64,000 nt of DNA from Pseudomonadota bacterium (GTDB lineage Bacteria > Myxococcota > JACRCW01 > JAFGSX01). The first letter of the stretch is position 1. Each line of letters begins with the position of its first letter. This document shows, in pieces, positions 9,395 through 18,800 of the stretch. Location: positions 1 to 64,000 of the forward strand of contig JBDRCO010000049.1 of assembly GCA_043821645.1 (NCBI GenBank), given 5' to 3'. The notes beneath the pieces are model-generated. The model did no database searches, had not been told where the DNA came from, and worked only from the letters and a program-made list of their open reading frames with translations. Made by a program: the position numbers and the translations under genes.

Positions 9395-11344
9395 ATGCGC
9401 CAACTGTTCGTGCTCTCCCGCATCCTGGTGCTGGTGGTGTCTGGCCTGGCGGGCCTGGGTCTTGTTGCTTGCCGACCCGAGGTGCAGGGGCCGTCGACGA
9501 AGGTGCACATTGGCGACGATGATGCCGGAGTGCGTGACGCCAGCGCCGTCGACCATGCGACCTTTGACAGCGCACGACCCGACAGCGCCGTGACCGACAC
9601 CGGGACCGTCATCACCCCGGGCTGCAACGGTGTGTGCAACCAGCTCCAGGCCACGGCCTGCACCTGCGATGTCAGCGACCCCTGCGACTGGGTCGGAGAC
9701 GGCTACTGCGACACCCAGTTCTGCGCAGCGGCGACGAACACGCCCTTCGATGACAGCCTCGACTGCAATCCACCGCCACCGACCTGCAATGGCGAGTGCG
9801 AGCAGGGGACCTACACCACCTGCACCTGCGCGGCAGCGGACCCCTGTGGCTGGGCCGGGGATGGATACTGCGACGGCGACTGTGCCTCCGTGCTGCCCGG
9901 CGCGGCCTTCGACGACACCGCGGATTGCGGAGGCCCGCCACCGCCTCCTGCCAACGCCTGCAACGGAACCTGTGGCAACGGTACCTTTGACAGCTGCACC
10001 TGCGCGGCCAGCGATCCCTGCGGCCGTGCCGGGAACGGGACCTGCGACCAGAGTGCCTGCGCTGGCGTGCTTGCCACCGGCGCCTACAATGATTCGGCCG
10101 ATTGCGGTGGCTGGGATCCCTCGCCGGCGGGGGGCGAGAGCTATGTCGTGACTGCGGTCAACGACAACCTCGACAACGGCGACCTCGACGTGGTGAGCAA
10201 CGCCTTGCCCGGCCTGGGCTTCACACAGACGGCGAGCAACACCAACGTGTCGACCTCGACCCTGGCGGGTTACCTGGCGCAGAACTTGACCGTGCTGTAC
10301 CACACCGGACACGGCGACGTCGGGGAGGTCCTGACCTCCAACGGCTCCTTCGTCCCTGGCAGCGGGACCATCAATGTCCAGCACACGGTCTTCGCCACCT
10401 GCCTGACCTTGCAGTCCTATGCCTGGCGCGCCTCCATGGGGCCGACGGCACAATCGCTGTTTGGCTACACCGAAGTCTCCTACGACTACACCGATGACGA
10501 GGTGGCGCAGGATTTCATCGACGACGTGCGCCTGGGCAAGGGATTCCTGCAAGCCTGGTACCTGTCCAATGCGAGCCAGTCCTCGCTGTATGACCGCTGG
10601 GCAGCGTATGTGCGCGAGGGGGCGGATATCGTCGAGTACTCTGCGCGGGTCAATCGTGCGCCGGCCAATGTTCAGGCGCTTGGCCTGCCTCTAGTGGGCC
10701 TGGACCCTGCAGCGCGAGTGCAGGCCCTGGCCTCCCTTCTCGTCGACAGCGCGCGTTTTCCGCGGGAACTGGTGCCGGTTCATCAGGACGCCGCGGCTGT
10801 GGTCCAGGCGCGGCAGATGGCCGTCGGAAGCTGGAGTCTGCTGCAGGGCGGGGCTGGCACCGTGAAACACGCCCGGCATCGCGCCGAGGAACTCCTGCGA
10901 CGGGAACTCGGTGGTCTGCCCGAGGACGCGGAGCTGGATAGGGTGCTCGACATCGTATCGCGGCGAGGGGAGGGAGAACCCGAGGTGGTGGGACATCTGG
11001 TGCGTTACCGTCGGGTGGTCGCGGGCCTGCCGGTGCGGGGCAACGGGGTGGCGGACCATCTGAGCGTGCTGGTTGGTGGGCGCGGAGTCGTGGCCTGGAC
11101 CGTGCACTGGCCGGAGCGCCGTACCCAGCGCGTGCTCGACGAGGGCCTCGACGTGGCCGACGCACTGCGGCAGATGGCCCCAGCTCTCGCCCTGGTGGCC
11201 AAGGGCCCCCTGCGGCTGCTCGGGGCACGCGCCGTGTGGGGTGCGCTGCGGGGCTCGGACCAGCTGGTGCCTGCCTTTGCCTTCGAGACGGACAGCGGCC
11301 AGCAGGTGGTGGTGGACGCCAGGACCGGTCAGCTCCTGCTGTAG
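9395..11344 (+). CDS. Lipoprotein: three Cys-rich LNR-like repeats, putative caspase/gingipain-fold domain, C-terminal FTP/PepSY-like region
   Basis: Lipobox LVAC; repeats at 9623-10105; YHTGHG...FATCLT; ends VVVDARTGQLL. Confidence 0.75.
   Translation: MRQLFVLSRILVLVVSGLAGLGLVACRPEVQGPSTKVHIGDDDAGVRDASAVDHATFDSARPDSAVTDTGTVITPGCNGVCNQLQATACTCDVSDPCDWVGDGYCDTQFCAAATNTPFDDSLDCNPPPPTCNGECEQGTYTTCTCAAADPCGWAGDGYCDGDCASVLPGAAFDDTADCGGPPPPPANACNGTCGNGTFDSCTCAASDPCGRAGNGTCDQSACAGVLATGAYNDSADCGGWDPSPAGGESYVVTAVNDNLDNGDLDVVSNALPGLGFTQTASNTNVSTSTLAGYLAQNLTVLYHTGHGDVGEVLTSNGSFVPGSGTINVQHTVFATCLTLQSYAWRASMGPTAQSLFGYTEVSYDYTDDEVAQDFIDDVRLGKGFLQAWYLSNASQSSLYDRWAAYVREGADIVEYSARVNRAPANVQALGLPLVGLDPAARVQALASLLVDSARFPRELVPVHQDAAAVVQARQMAVGSWSLLQGGAGTVKHARHRAEELLRRELGGLPEDAELDRVLDIVSRRGEGEPEVVGHLVRYRRVVAGLPVRGNGVADHLSVLVGGRGVVAWTVHWPERRTQRVLDEGLDVADALRQMAPALALVAKGPLRLLGARAVWGALRGSDQLVPAFAFETDSGQQVVVDARTGQLLL
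9623..10105 (+). repeat. Three intragenic ~52-aa repeats with 8 Cys each
   Basis: CNGxC..CTC...DPCx(W/R)xG(D/N)GxCD..C...(F/Y)(D/N)DxxDC three times, separated by Pro-rich spacers. Confidence 0.9.
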
Positions 11345-11453
11345 ATCCGCTCTGCGCAGACCGACACAGAAAAAAAGCCCAGCAGGCAGGCCCACCTCGC
11401 GTGCAGTCGCGGGTTTCATGGAACTTGGCGGCTGCCCGGGCGTCTGTACTGAG

Positions 11454-13031
11454 ATGGCGCACACTGCGGCTCAGCACCCCGGCTCCCCGGACGGCCCGAC
11501 CCCACCCCGGATCTCGGGTGGCCACCTGTCCGCGGAGCTCCATAACGAGGTCGAGCACTTCACCCGCCGCCTGCGCAGGACGGTGTGGCTCAAGCTCCGC
11601 GCCGCCCAGGTTGTGCTCGTCGCCAGCGCGGTGCTGTTCGTGGCCACGGTGCACTACGACCAGCGGGTCACGTCCTTCCTTCGCGGCGAGACGGATCTCT
11701 TTGGCAATCTTCGCTTCTTGCCCACGCACCCTCCTGACCCGCGGGTGCTGTCGCACATCAATTTCAAGCTCGTGCACGAGAAGCTGCTGCCGGAGTGGGT
11801 CGCTGCCGAGGGCAGCGCGGGCATGTACCGCGACCCCTACCAGGCTGAAGCCGCATTTCAGGCTCTGCTCGCCGAGGTAGGCCGGGACCCCAACCTCGAC
11901 GCCCTGCTGCAGGAATTGCGACTGCGCCTGGTCACGCGCCAGTTCATCGACCGCGCCGAGCGCATCAAGTACCTGCTCTGGGCCTGGAACGATTATCTGC
12001 AGCGCAACGGACAGCGCTTCTGGGTCCGCGGCACGGCCCATCGCTCGACCTACAACGCCTTCTTCTCGCTCAAGACCTACGATCTGCTGGCCCGGCCCCA
12101 GGTGCAGGTCGCAGGCCAGCAATACCGTATCAGCCTGGTCACGCGCATCGACCGGCGTGACGTGCGCGAGCCCTACCTGGGTGCGGCCAGCAAGAACGAG
12201 AACACCGCCTTCGTCGTCGTGGACAGGCTGCACGATTTCGTGATCGACCACCTGTGGCCGGTGCTCGACGGAGAGGCGGGGGCGCTGCGCGATCCGGTGG
12301 ACGCCGCATTCGCCGAGGCGGTGGTGTTCGAGGCGCTGGTGCACCTGGATGAGGCCAGCCTGCGGCCGGTGGCGACCACGGCGCATCATCGCAGGGCCAT
12401 GGCCCGAGCCATCGATGGCATCAACCGGCGCCAGAGCTGCAGTGGATCCTACGTCGCGGGCAGCATCCCTCTGGCTGGCCTGGAAGCCGATGTCCTGGAA
12501 CAAGTGCAGGACATTGCCGAGCGGTCGTGGTTGGACGCCTGCCCCGCAGTGACCCTGGTCGAAGCCGAGGTTTTTGCCTCCTCGACCCGCGCCCTGGCCA
12601 CGACCGAGGATCTCGCCGAGGCCTTGGGGACCCTGGCGGCGTGGCTTGCCCAGGGTGTGACCGTGCACGAGGTGCGGCACATGGCGGATAGCGACCTCGC
12701 GGATGGTCTGGACCAGCCCCTGCCCTGTGCGCGGTGCCCGGCCAGCATGGATACCGAGGTGCGCGCCGAGGTCTCGGCCTATCTGTCGACACTGGCCTGG
12801 AGCGGATCCCCGGCCACGGCACTGTTTCAGGCCTGCCACTCGGTGCGTGACGACGACGGTGCCCATGGCAGGGCGCTGAATTTCCTGCTCGCGCAGCTCG
12901 ACGTGAGCTGCACCAGATCTCCTCCGCCCTTTCTGGCCGATCGGGCCCGGGCCCTCGAGCGCGAGCTGTTCGAGCGCAGCCAGCCCGTCCGCCTGGGCGC
13001 AGATTTTCCGCAGCGCGTGCTGCTACCCTGA
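11454..13031 (+). CDS. Membrane-anchored hypothetical protein with HExxH metallopeptidase-like motif
   Basis: N-terminal hydrophobic helix; HEVRH at 12666-12680 with downstream AEVSAY; start uncertain (11418 or 11454). Confidence 0.7.
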   Translation: MAHTAAQHPGSPDGPTPPRISGGHLSAELHNEVEHFTRRLRRTVWLKLRAAQVVLVASAVLFVATVHYDQRVTSFLRGETDLFGNLRFLPTHPPDPRVLSHINFKLVHEKLLPEWVAAEGSAGMYRDPYQAEAAFQALLAEVGRDPNLDALLQELRLRLVTRQFIDRAERIKYLLWAWNDYLQRNGQRFWVRGTAHRSTYNAFFSLKTYDLLARPQVQVAGQQYRISLVTRIDRRDVREPYLGAASKNENTAFVVVDRLHDFVIDHLWPVLDGEAGALRDPVDAAFAEAVVFEALVHLDEASLRPVATTAHHRRAMARAIDGINRRQSCSGSYVAGSIPLAGLEADVLEQVQDIAERSWLDACPAVTLVEAEVFASSTRALATTEDLAEALGTLAAWLAQGVTVHEVRHMADSDLADGLDQPLPCARCPASMDTEVRAEVSAYLSTLAWSGSPATALFQACHSVRDDDGAHGRALNFLLAQLDVSCTRSPPPFLADRARALERELFERSQPVRLGADFPQRVLLP

Positions 13032-16000
13032 GCGCGTTCCCGCCGTCTTTGCTGGCACACCCGCGCGTTGCAGGGTCTCGTTGAGGAAGCGCCGCGCCAG
13101 GTCGACGATGTCCTGGCCCGCCGCGAGCCAGTCGGCGTCACTGGCCGTGAGCACGAGCTTCATCTGAGGTGTCAGGCGAAGCCGCGCGGGTTGCTCGGCG
13201 ACCCAGGCGGCGATGCGGGCAGGATCCAGACGCACCGAATCTGCAAGGGCCACCACCACACGCGCCGGGTCGTGGCTCCCCTCCCGGGGCGCCATCAGAT
13301 CGATGGCCCGCGCGGCCAGGCTCTTGAGCAGGACCTTGAGCACCATGACCTCGCACAGGGTACGGACCTCGTCGGGGGCGGGGCCGTAGCGATCCTCGAG
13401 GGCGCCCTGCACCTCGTACACATCACTGGTCTCGAGGGCGGTGGCCATGCGCTGGTAAAAAGCCAGGCGCTCGTGCACATCGACGACGTAATCCTCTGGG
13501 ATGAAGGCCGCCACATGAACGTTGAGCTCGGGCTCGGGCGCCAGGTCCACATCGCGCCCCTGCAGCTCTTGCACGGCCTCGGCGAGCAGCTCCGCATACA
13601 TCTCGTACCCGACCGCAGCCACGTGGCCATGTTGCGACTTGCCCAGCAGGTCGCCGGCCCCGCGGAGTTCGAGGTCGTGCTGGGCGATCTTGAAACCGGC
13701 GCCCAGTTCGGCAAAGCGCTGCAGCACCTCGAGCCGCTTGCGAGCCTTGGGGGTCATGCGCTCCGACGAGGGAGGCACCAGCAGGTAGGCGTAGGCGCGC
13801 TCGTGGCTACGGCCGATGCGACCCCGGAGCTGGTAGAGCTGGGCCAGGCCGAGCTGATCGGCACGGTTGACGATCATGGTGTTGGCGCGCGGGATGTCCA
13901 GGCCGCTCTCGATGATCGTCGTCGACACCAGCACGTTGAGTTCACCGCGGATGAAGCCGAGCATGACCTGTTCGAGCGGGCCTGGTGCCATTTGACCGTG
14001 GGCGACCCCGACCCGGGCCTCGGGGACCAGGCGGCGCAGGAACTCGGCAAAGGCTGCGATGGACTGCACGCGGTTGTGCACCACGTAGACCTGGCCTCCG
14101 CGCCGGAGTTCGCGCTGGATGGCGTCGCGGATGAGGTTCTGATCGAAGCGGCTCACCGCGGTGCGAATGGCCCGGCGGTCCGCGGGCGGGGTCATGATGA
14201 TGGAGAGATCGCGCAGGCCAAAGAACGCCATCTGCAAGGTGCGCGGGATGGGGGTGGCGGACAGGGACAGCACGTCGACGTTGGCACGCAAGGCCTTGAT
14301 GCGCTCCTTGTCCTTGACGCCGAAGCGATGCTCCTCGTCGACGACGAGGAGACCCAGGTTCTTGAACCCCACGTCGTGCTGCAGCAGCCGGTGGGTGCCG
14401 ACGAGGATGTCGAGCTGGCCTTGCCGCGCGCGCTCGAGAACCTGCAGGACCTCGGCACTCCGACGCAATCGCGAGATCACGTCGACGCGCACGGGCATGC
14501 CTGCGAAGCGCTCGCACAGCGTCAGGTAGTGCTGCTGCGCCAGCACCGTGGTCGGCGCGAGGATGGCCACCTGCCGGCCTCCCAGGGCCACCAGCATGGC
14601 CGCGCGCATGGCGACCTCGGTCTTGCCGTAGCCGACGTCCCCGCACACCAGGCGATCCATGGGGCGGTCGCGCTGCAGATCCGCCAGCACGTCGGTGATG
14701 GCCCGGGCCTGATCCGGGGTTTCCTCGAAACCGAAGCGGCCCTCGAACTCCCGGTACATGGCGTCGGGGGCGGGATAGGTGACACCGGACACCACCTCGC
14801 GCCGGGCATAGATGGCCAGCAGCTCCTGGGCCATGGCCAGCAGAGCCTGCTTGACGCGGGCGCGGGTCTTGTTCCAGGTCTGTCCTCCCAGCTTGTCCAG
14901 ACGGGGGCGGTGGCCCTCGGCACCGGAGTAGCGCTGCACCAGATTGATGCGCGTCACAGGCAGGTACAGCTTGTCGTCGTCACGATAGGTGATGAGCAGG
15001 TAGTCCGCCTCGACGCCGCGAACGTTGAGCCGGGTCAGGCCGTGGTAGACACCGACGCCGAAATCGACGTGCACGACGATGTCGCCGTCCTCGAGATCGC
15101 CCAGGGTCGTGCGAAAGGGTGTCTTGGTGGCGGTGGTGCGGCGACGGCTGCGCCGGCCAAAAAAGTCCTCCTCGCTGAAGATCGCCAGCCGCAGATGCGG
15201 GAACACCGCGCCACCGGAGGGCAGGCTGGGGACCGCGACCAGGTGGGCGTGGACCGAGGCCTGGTACAGGCTGGACGCCACTGTGGGATCCAGCAGATCG
15301 GGCAGAGCCTCGAGCACCCGGCTCTCCATGTGGTGGTCCGAGAGAAGATCGCGGAGGCGCTGCAGGCCCCCTCGACCCTGAACCAGGATCAGCGTGACCA
15401 CGCCGTCCCGGCGCAAGCGGTTCAGCCGGCCGCGCACCGGTGCGAACAGATCGGGAGTCTCGTCGCTGTCCGAGGCCTGGCGCGCGATCTGCTCGATCTC
15501 CTGGCGCAGGTCGTCGGTGTCACTGCTGACCTCGGCGCGGCAGGTCCCCCGGCAGTCCAGGCCCAGGGCGTCGATGCGCAGGGTGGCGCGCGCGTCGAGC
15601 CAGCTCTGCGCCTCGCTTGCCCCGAGAGCGTGCCAGTGCGGTGCGAAGGCGAGGCGGCCTCGCCCGCATGCATCGTCGAACCCTTCTGCAAGTTCCTTCC
15701 ACGCCGAGTCCAGGGCCTCGGCGACGGCCGTGGGCTCGACCAGGACCAGCTCGTAGGGTGGCGCCAGCATGGCCTCGAGGAGCTGCAGCAGGGCGGGTCG
15801 GGGCTGTGGCGAAAAGGCAGGTGCCAGACCCTCGACACCGAAGAAGGGGACCCCGTTCTCGACGTCGTGCAGCACGGTGTTGAGCTTGCGGGTGGGAAAG
15901 TCCTGGGCATCGGCCTGCTCGCGCAGACGGTCGAGGGCGCAGGCCACGGCGTCGGGATCGAACAGCACCTCACGCACAGGCGGAATGGAGATGGCCGGCA

Positions 16001-16649
16001 GCGCCTCGCCACTTCGCTGGTTGCTGGGGTCGAACTGGCGGATGGTATCGACGTCGTCACCGAACAGATCGATGCGCAGAGGCAGGCGGGCTCCGGGCGG
16101 GTACACGTCGACTAGGCTGCCGCGCACCGAGAAGGTGGCGGGGTCCTCGACCAGGGGAACCCGCGCATAGCCAGCGCGCAGCAAGGCCAGGCTCAGGCTC
16201 TCACGACCGATGCTGTCGCCGGGGTGGAGGTGCACGGAGGCGTCGACCAGCCGCTCCCACTCGAGGGTGCGTCGCATCAGAGCAGGCGCGCTGCATAGCA
16301 GCAGGTCCGGCATCTCGCCGTCGGCCAGGCCCAGCAAGATCCCCAGGCGCTCTCCAGTCACTTCCAGGGACGGAGACGCCGTGGAGTAGGGCGTGCTGTC
16401 CTCGAAGGGCAGGTTGCGGATGCGCCCGGCGGACCCGAGGAGAAGCCTGAGATCTCGTTCCAGGCTCTCGGCCGCGCCAGGGTCCGCGGTCACCAGCAAG
16501 GCCGGGCGCGCCCGGTCGCGGAGCTCGCGGGCCAGGGCGCGCGCTGCAGCCAGGCCACGTGCCCCGGTGATGGTCAGACAGGGGTCCGCCCCACCCTTGG
16601 GAGGAGCAGCCCGTTCGCCCGTGGCGAGCCCATGGTCAGTGGAGGTCAA
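13023..16649 (-). CDS. mfd: Transcription-repair coupling factor
   Basis: UvrB-like N-terminus, CarD-like domain (VVHVDFGVG), GDVGYGKTE, DEEHRFG, SATPIPR, QLRGRIGR, TRCF C-terminus. Confidence 0.97.
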   Translation of the reverse strand: MTSTDHGLATGERAAPPKGGADPCLTITGARGLAAARALARELRDRARPALLVTADPGAAESLERDLRLLLGSAGRIRNLPFEDSTPYSTASPSLEVTGERLGILLGLADGEMPDLLLCSAPALMRRTLEWERLVDASVHLHPGDSIGRESLSLALLRAGYARVPLVEDPATFSVRGSLVDVYPPGARLPLRIDLFGDDVDTIRQFDPSNQRSGEALPAISIPPVREVLFDPDAVACALDRLREQADAQDFPTRKLNTVLHDVENGVPFFGVEGLAPAFSPQPRPALLQLLEAMLAPPYELVLVEPTAVAEALDSAWKELAEGFDDACGRGRLAFAPHWHALGASEAQSWLDARATLRIDALGLDCRGTCRAEVSSDTDDLRQEIEQIARQASDSDETPDLFAPVRGRLNRLRRDGVVTLILVQGRGGLQRLRDLLSDHHMESRVLEALPDLLDPTVASSLYQASVHAHLVAVPSLPSGGAVFPHLRLAIFSEEDFFGRRSRRRTTATKTPFRTTLGDLEDGDIVVHVDFGVGVYHGLTRLNVRGVEADYLLITYRDDDKLYLPVTRINLVQRYSGAEGHRPRLDKLGGQTWNKTRARVKQALLAMAQELLAIYARREVVSGVTYPAPDAMYREFEGRFGFEETPDQARAITDVLADLQRDRPMDRLVCGDVGYGKTEVAMRAAMLVALGGRQVAILAPTTVLAQQHYLTLCERFAGMPVRVDVISRLRRSAEVLQVLERARQGQLDILVGTHRLLQHDVGFKNLGLLVVDEEHRFGVKDKERIKALRANVDVLSLSATPIPRTLQMAFFGLRDLSIIMTPPADRRAIRTAVSRFDQNLIRDAIQRELRRGGQVYVVHNRVQSIAAFAEFLRRLVPEARVGVAHGQMAPGPLEQVMLGFIRGELNVLVSTTIIESGLDIPRANTMIVNRADQLGLAQLYQLRGRIGRSHERAYAYLLVPPSSERMTPKARKRLEVLQRFAELGAGFKIAQHDLELRGAGDLLGKSQHGHVAAVGYEMYAELLAEAVQELQGRDVDLAPEPELNVHVAAFIPEDYVVDVHERLAFYQRMATALETSDVYEVQGALEDRYGPAPDEVRTLCEVMVLKVLLKSLAARAIDLMAPREGSHDPARVVVALADSVRLDPARIAAWVAEQPARLRLTPQMKLVLTASDADWLAAGQDIVDLARRFLNETLQRAGVPAKTAGTRSG

Positions 16650-16684
16650 GGTCGTGGGTCAGCAAGAACCGGGCTCGATGGCGC

Positions 16685-17107
16685 TCAGTTGCACACGTTG
16701 GCGGTACAGGTGCCGATGGCCGGGTCGCAGCCAGTGAGAGCGTCGGTGTTGTTCGGGAAGTCCGGCGAGCAGGCCTGGTTGGCTCCGGCGAGGCAATCAT
16801 AGCCATAAGTGCTGTCCCACAGTGCGCAGTGGAACGGCCCGGCTGTGTCGGCGGCGCAGTCGGCGCACTTGAGGGTGGTGTCACACCACACCAGCAGGGC
16901 GCCATGGCACTCACCGTAGTCGGTGACCGCACCACAGGCCTGGCCCGTGAAGTCCGCGCAGGTCGGAGCCACGTAGGCGTCGGGACGGGCAGCGTCGCTT
17001 GCTCCGGCGTCGTCGTCACCCTCATCGGTAGGCCCGCAAGCCGGGATGCTGTGCAGGGCGACGGCCACGACGGTCAGAGAAACCAGAATCGACATCGTGC
17101 GCTTCAT
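16685..17107 (-). CDS. Small Cys-rich lipoprotein
   Basis: Signal peptide ending IPAC; Cys-rich domain paralogous to 17161-17925. Confidence 0.75.
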   Translation of the reverse strand: MKRTMSILVSLTVVAVALHSIPACGPTDEGDDDAGASDAARPDAYVAPTCADFTGQACGAVTDYGECHGALLVWCDTTLKCADCAADTAGPFHCALWDSTYGYDCLAGANQACSPDFPNNTDALTGCDPAIGTCTANVCN

Positions 17108-17160
17108 GTTTGTCCTCGTGCCCGGACACGCGTGTGCGCTCCGGTGCGCTTGAATAGGGG

Positions 17161-17925
17161 TCAGATGTCTTCAGTGGTGGCGTCTTCGAGGACGGCATCG
17201 GCGGTGCCAGCGTCCTCCAGGGGCGCCGTGTCCGTCGTCGTGGCGTCGGTGGTGCCGGCATCCACCGCCATGGCCGCGTCGGTGTCCACAGCGCTATCGG
17301 TGGCAACGCTGCCGTCCTCGGTCGCGGCATCGGTGCTGACCGTACTGTCCGTGGTGACGGCGGAATCCGAGGCGGTCCCTTGATCCGGGGACGAGGCGTC
17401 GCTCGCGACTGCCGTGTCGTTTCCCGTCGCGGCATCGCTGGTCGTGGCCGCGTCCTGCATGCCGGCGTCGGTGCCGGCCTGGATGCAGGTCGGGCTGGTG
17501 CCGCCGCTGCACTCGAGGCCATCACTCTCGTCGCAAGGGAAGTTCCCGTTGCAGGTGGTGGCGGGGTCGCAGTTCCAGTAGTCGGGCTCGCAGGCCTGGC
17601 TCAGACCCGCCAGGCACTCGTTGAAGGCCCCGTACAAGCCACAGGTGAAAGGGCCACCCGCGGCCGTGGCACAGTCGCGCTCGACCAGGCAGTTGTTGTC
17701 GCAAAAGCGCAGCAGGGTCCCCTGGCACACGCCCTCGACGGTGATGGTGCCGCAGGCCGCGCTGCAGCCCGAGTCAAAGCCGGCCTCCGTGGTCCCGGTG
17801 TCGGTGCCTGCTCTGTCCGTGGGACCGGCGTCGCCTGTCCCGGCGTCGTCGCCAGCTGGCGGTGGGCAAGCCACCAGCAGAACACCGAGCAACAACACCC
17901 AACCCAGCGAAGATGGTTTTCGCAT
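17161..17925 (-). CDS. Cys-rich lipoprotein with acidic D/A/T/S low-complexity tail
   Basis: Lipobox LVAC; same Cys pattern as neighbour; DAG/DAA-rich tail. Confidence 0.78.
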   Translation of the reverse strand: MRKPSSLGWVLLLGVLLVACPPPAGDDAGTGDAGPTDRAGTDTGTTEAGFDSGCSAACGTITVEGVCQGTLLRFCDNNCLVERDCATAAGGPFTCGLYGAFNECLAGLSQACEPDYWNCDPATTCNGNFPCDESDGLECSGGTSPTCIQAGTDAGMQDAATTSDAATGNDTAVASDASSPDQGTASDSAVTTDSTVSTDAATEDGSVATDSAVDTDAAMAVDAGTTDATTTDTAPLEDAGTADAVLEDATTEDI

Positions 17926-18077
17926 GTCTCGTCTCCTGTCTCTCGTCGCGGCGGAAGGCACGCTGACCGCACCAGGCGCCTAGCCTAGTGGATTCCCCGG
18001 ACGAAGTCATCCCCAGCTGCGTCTGGTGTCGCGCGTGCCGCTCGCGCTATGATGCCCGAGCCTGACGTCAGCGAGCG

Positions 18078-18710
18078 ATGAGCCAGGCAGGGAGAAGAGG
18101 CGTGGCCGAGTTCTTGAGCATACGGCGTGCTGCTGGAACACCCCTGGAAGTACCAGGGCGAGCCCTGCAGCACTTGCCGCTGCGCGTGGACGCCGCGATC
18201 CAGGAGACCGAGGCTCGCTGGTGTGGGGATTTCACGGCAACCAGCCATGGCTTTGGCCACGTGAAGATTCTCCCCGGGCCGCCGCCACCCGGGACCTTCG
18301 GCCTGCGCGGGGACACCGTGCACGTGATCGTGGTGTGCGATGGTTTTCATCGAGGCATGCTCGCGGATCAGGGCTTGCGCCTCGTGATGGTGGCGGGGCC
18401 CCGAGGTCTCGGTACGCTCGCGCCCTCGGATGTCCAGCCCTCGATGCTGGCGCATGCGGAACTCGACGTGGTGCTGCGCCCGGCGTACACCTGGAAGCAC
18501 CCCGTGACCTCCGGGCGTGGCGCCGAGCTCCAGGTGGCAGCGGTGCACCTGCTGGCCAGCGAACTCGAGGCCCTTGCGGCGGATCATTCCGGGCTTGAGA
18601 TCTACTTCTCCATTCACTCTGGCCGTGGGGTCACCTACATCAACCTTGACGGCGTCCCCGGCCACAATTTTCAGATCGATGGGACCTGGCTTCATCCCGC
18701 GCCGACCTGA
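18078..18710 (+). CDS. Hypothetical protein
   Basis: 210-aa ORF filling the gap, globular-looking composition; no motif recognised. Confidence 0.6.
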   Translation: MSQAGRRGVAEFLSIRRAAGTPLEVPGRALQHLPLRVDAAIQETEARWCGDFTATSHGFGHVKILPGPPPPGTFGLRGDTVHVIVVCDGFHRGMLADQGLRLVMVAGPRGLGTLAPSDVQPSMLAHAELDVVLRPAYTWKHPVTSGRGAELQVAAVHLLASELEALAADHSGLEIYFSIHSGRGVTYINLDGVPGHNFQIDGTWLHPAPT

Positions 18711-18800
18711 GCCCGCTGCCACAAGCTTCCCTCATCCAACAACGAAAAATCCCTGGTGGTGGCGTCTTGCCCGGTGCGCATCGCCGATTTTCGGCAGTCC

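Noticed and set aside
11369-11392. Minus-strand weak hairpin followed by T7
   Set aside because: The stem relies on several G-U pairs and no minus-strand gene ends nearby.
10650-12866. 738-aa minus-strand ORF and many similar Arg/Pro-rich alternative-frame ORFs
   Set aside because: They overlap better-supported genes and have the composition of off-frame GC-rich sequence.
13068-16115. 1015-aa plus-strand ORF
   Set aside because: Antisense shadow of mfd caused by high-GC codon bias; no protein motifs.
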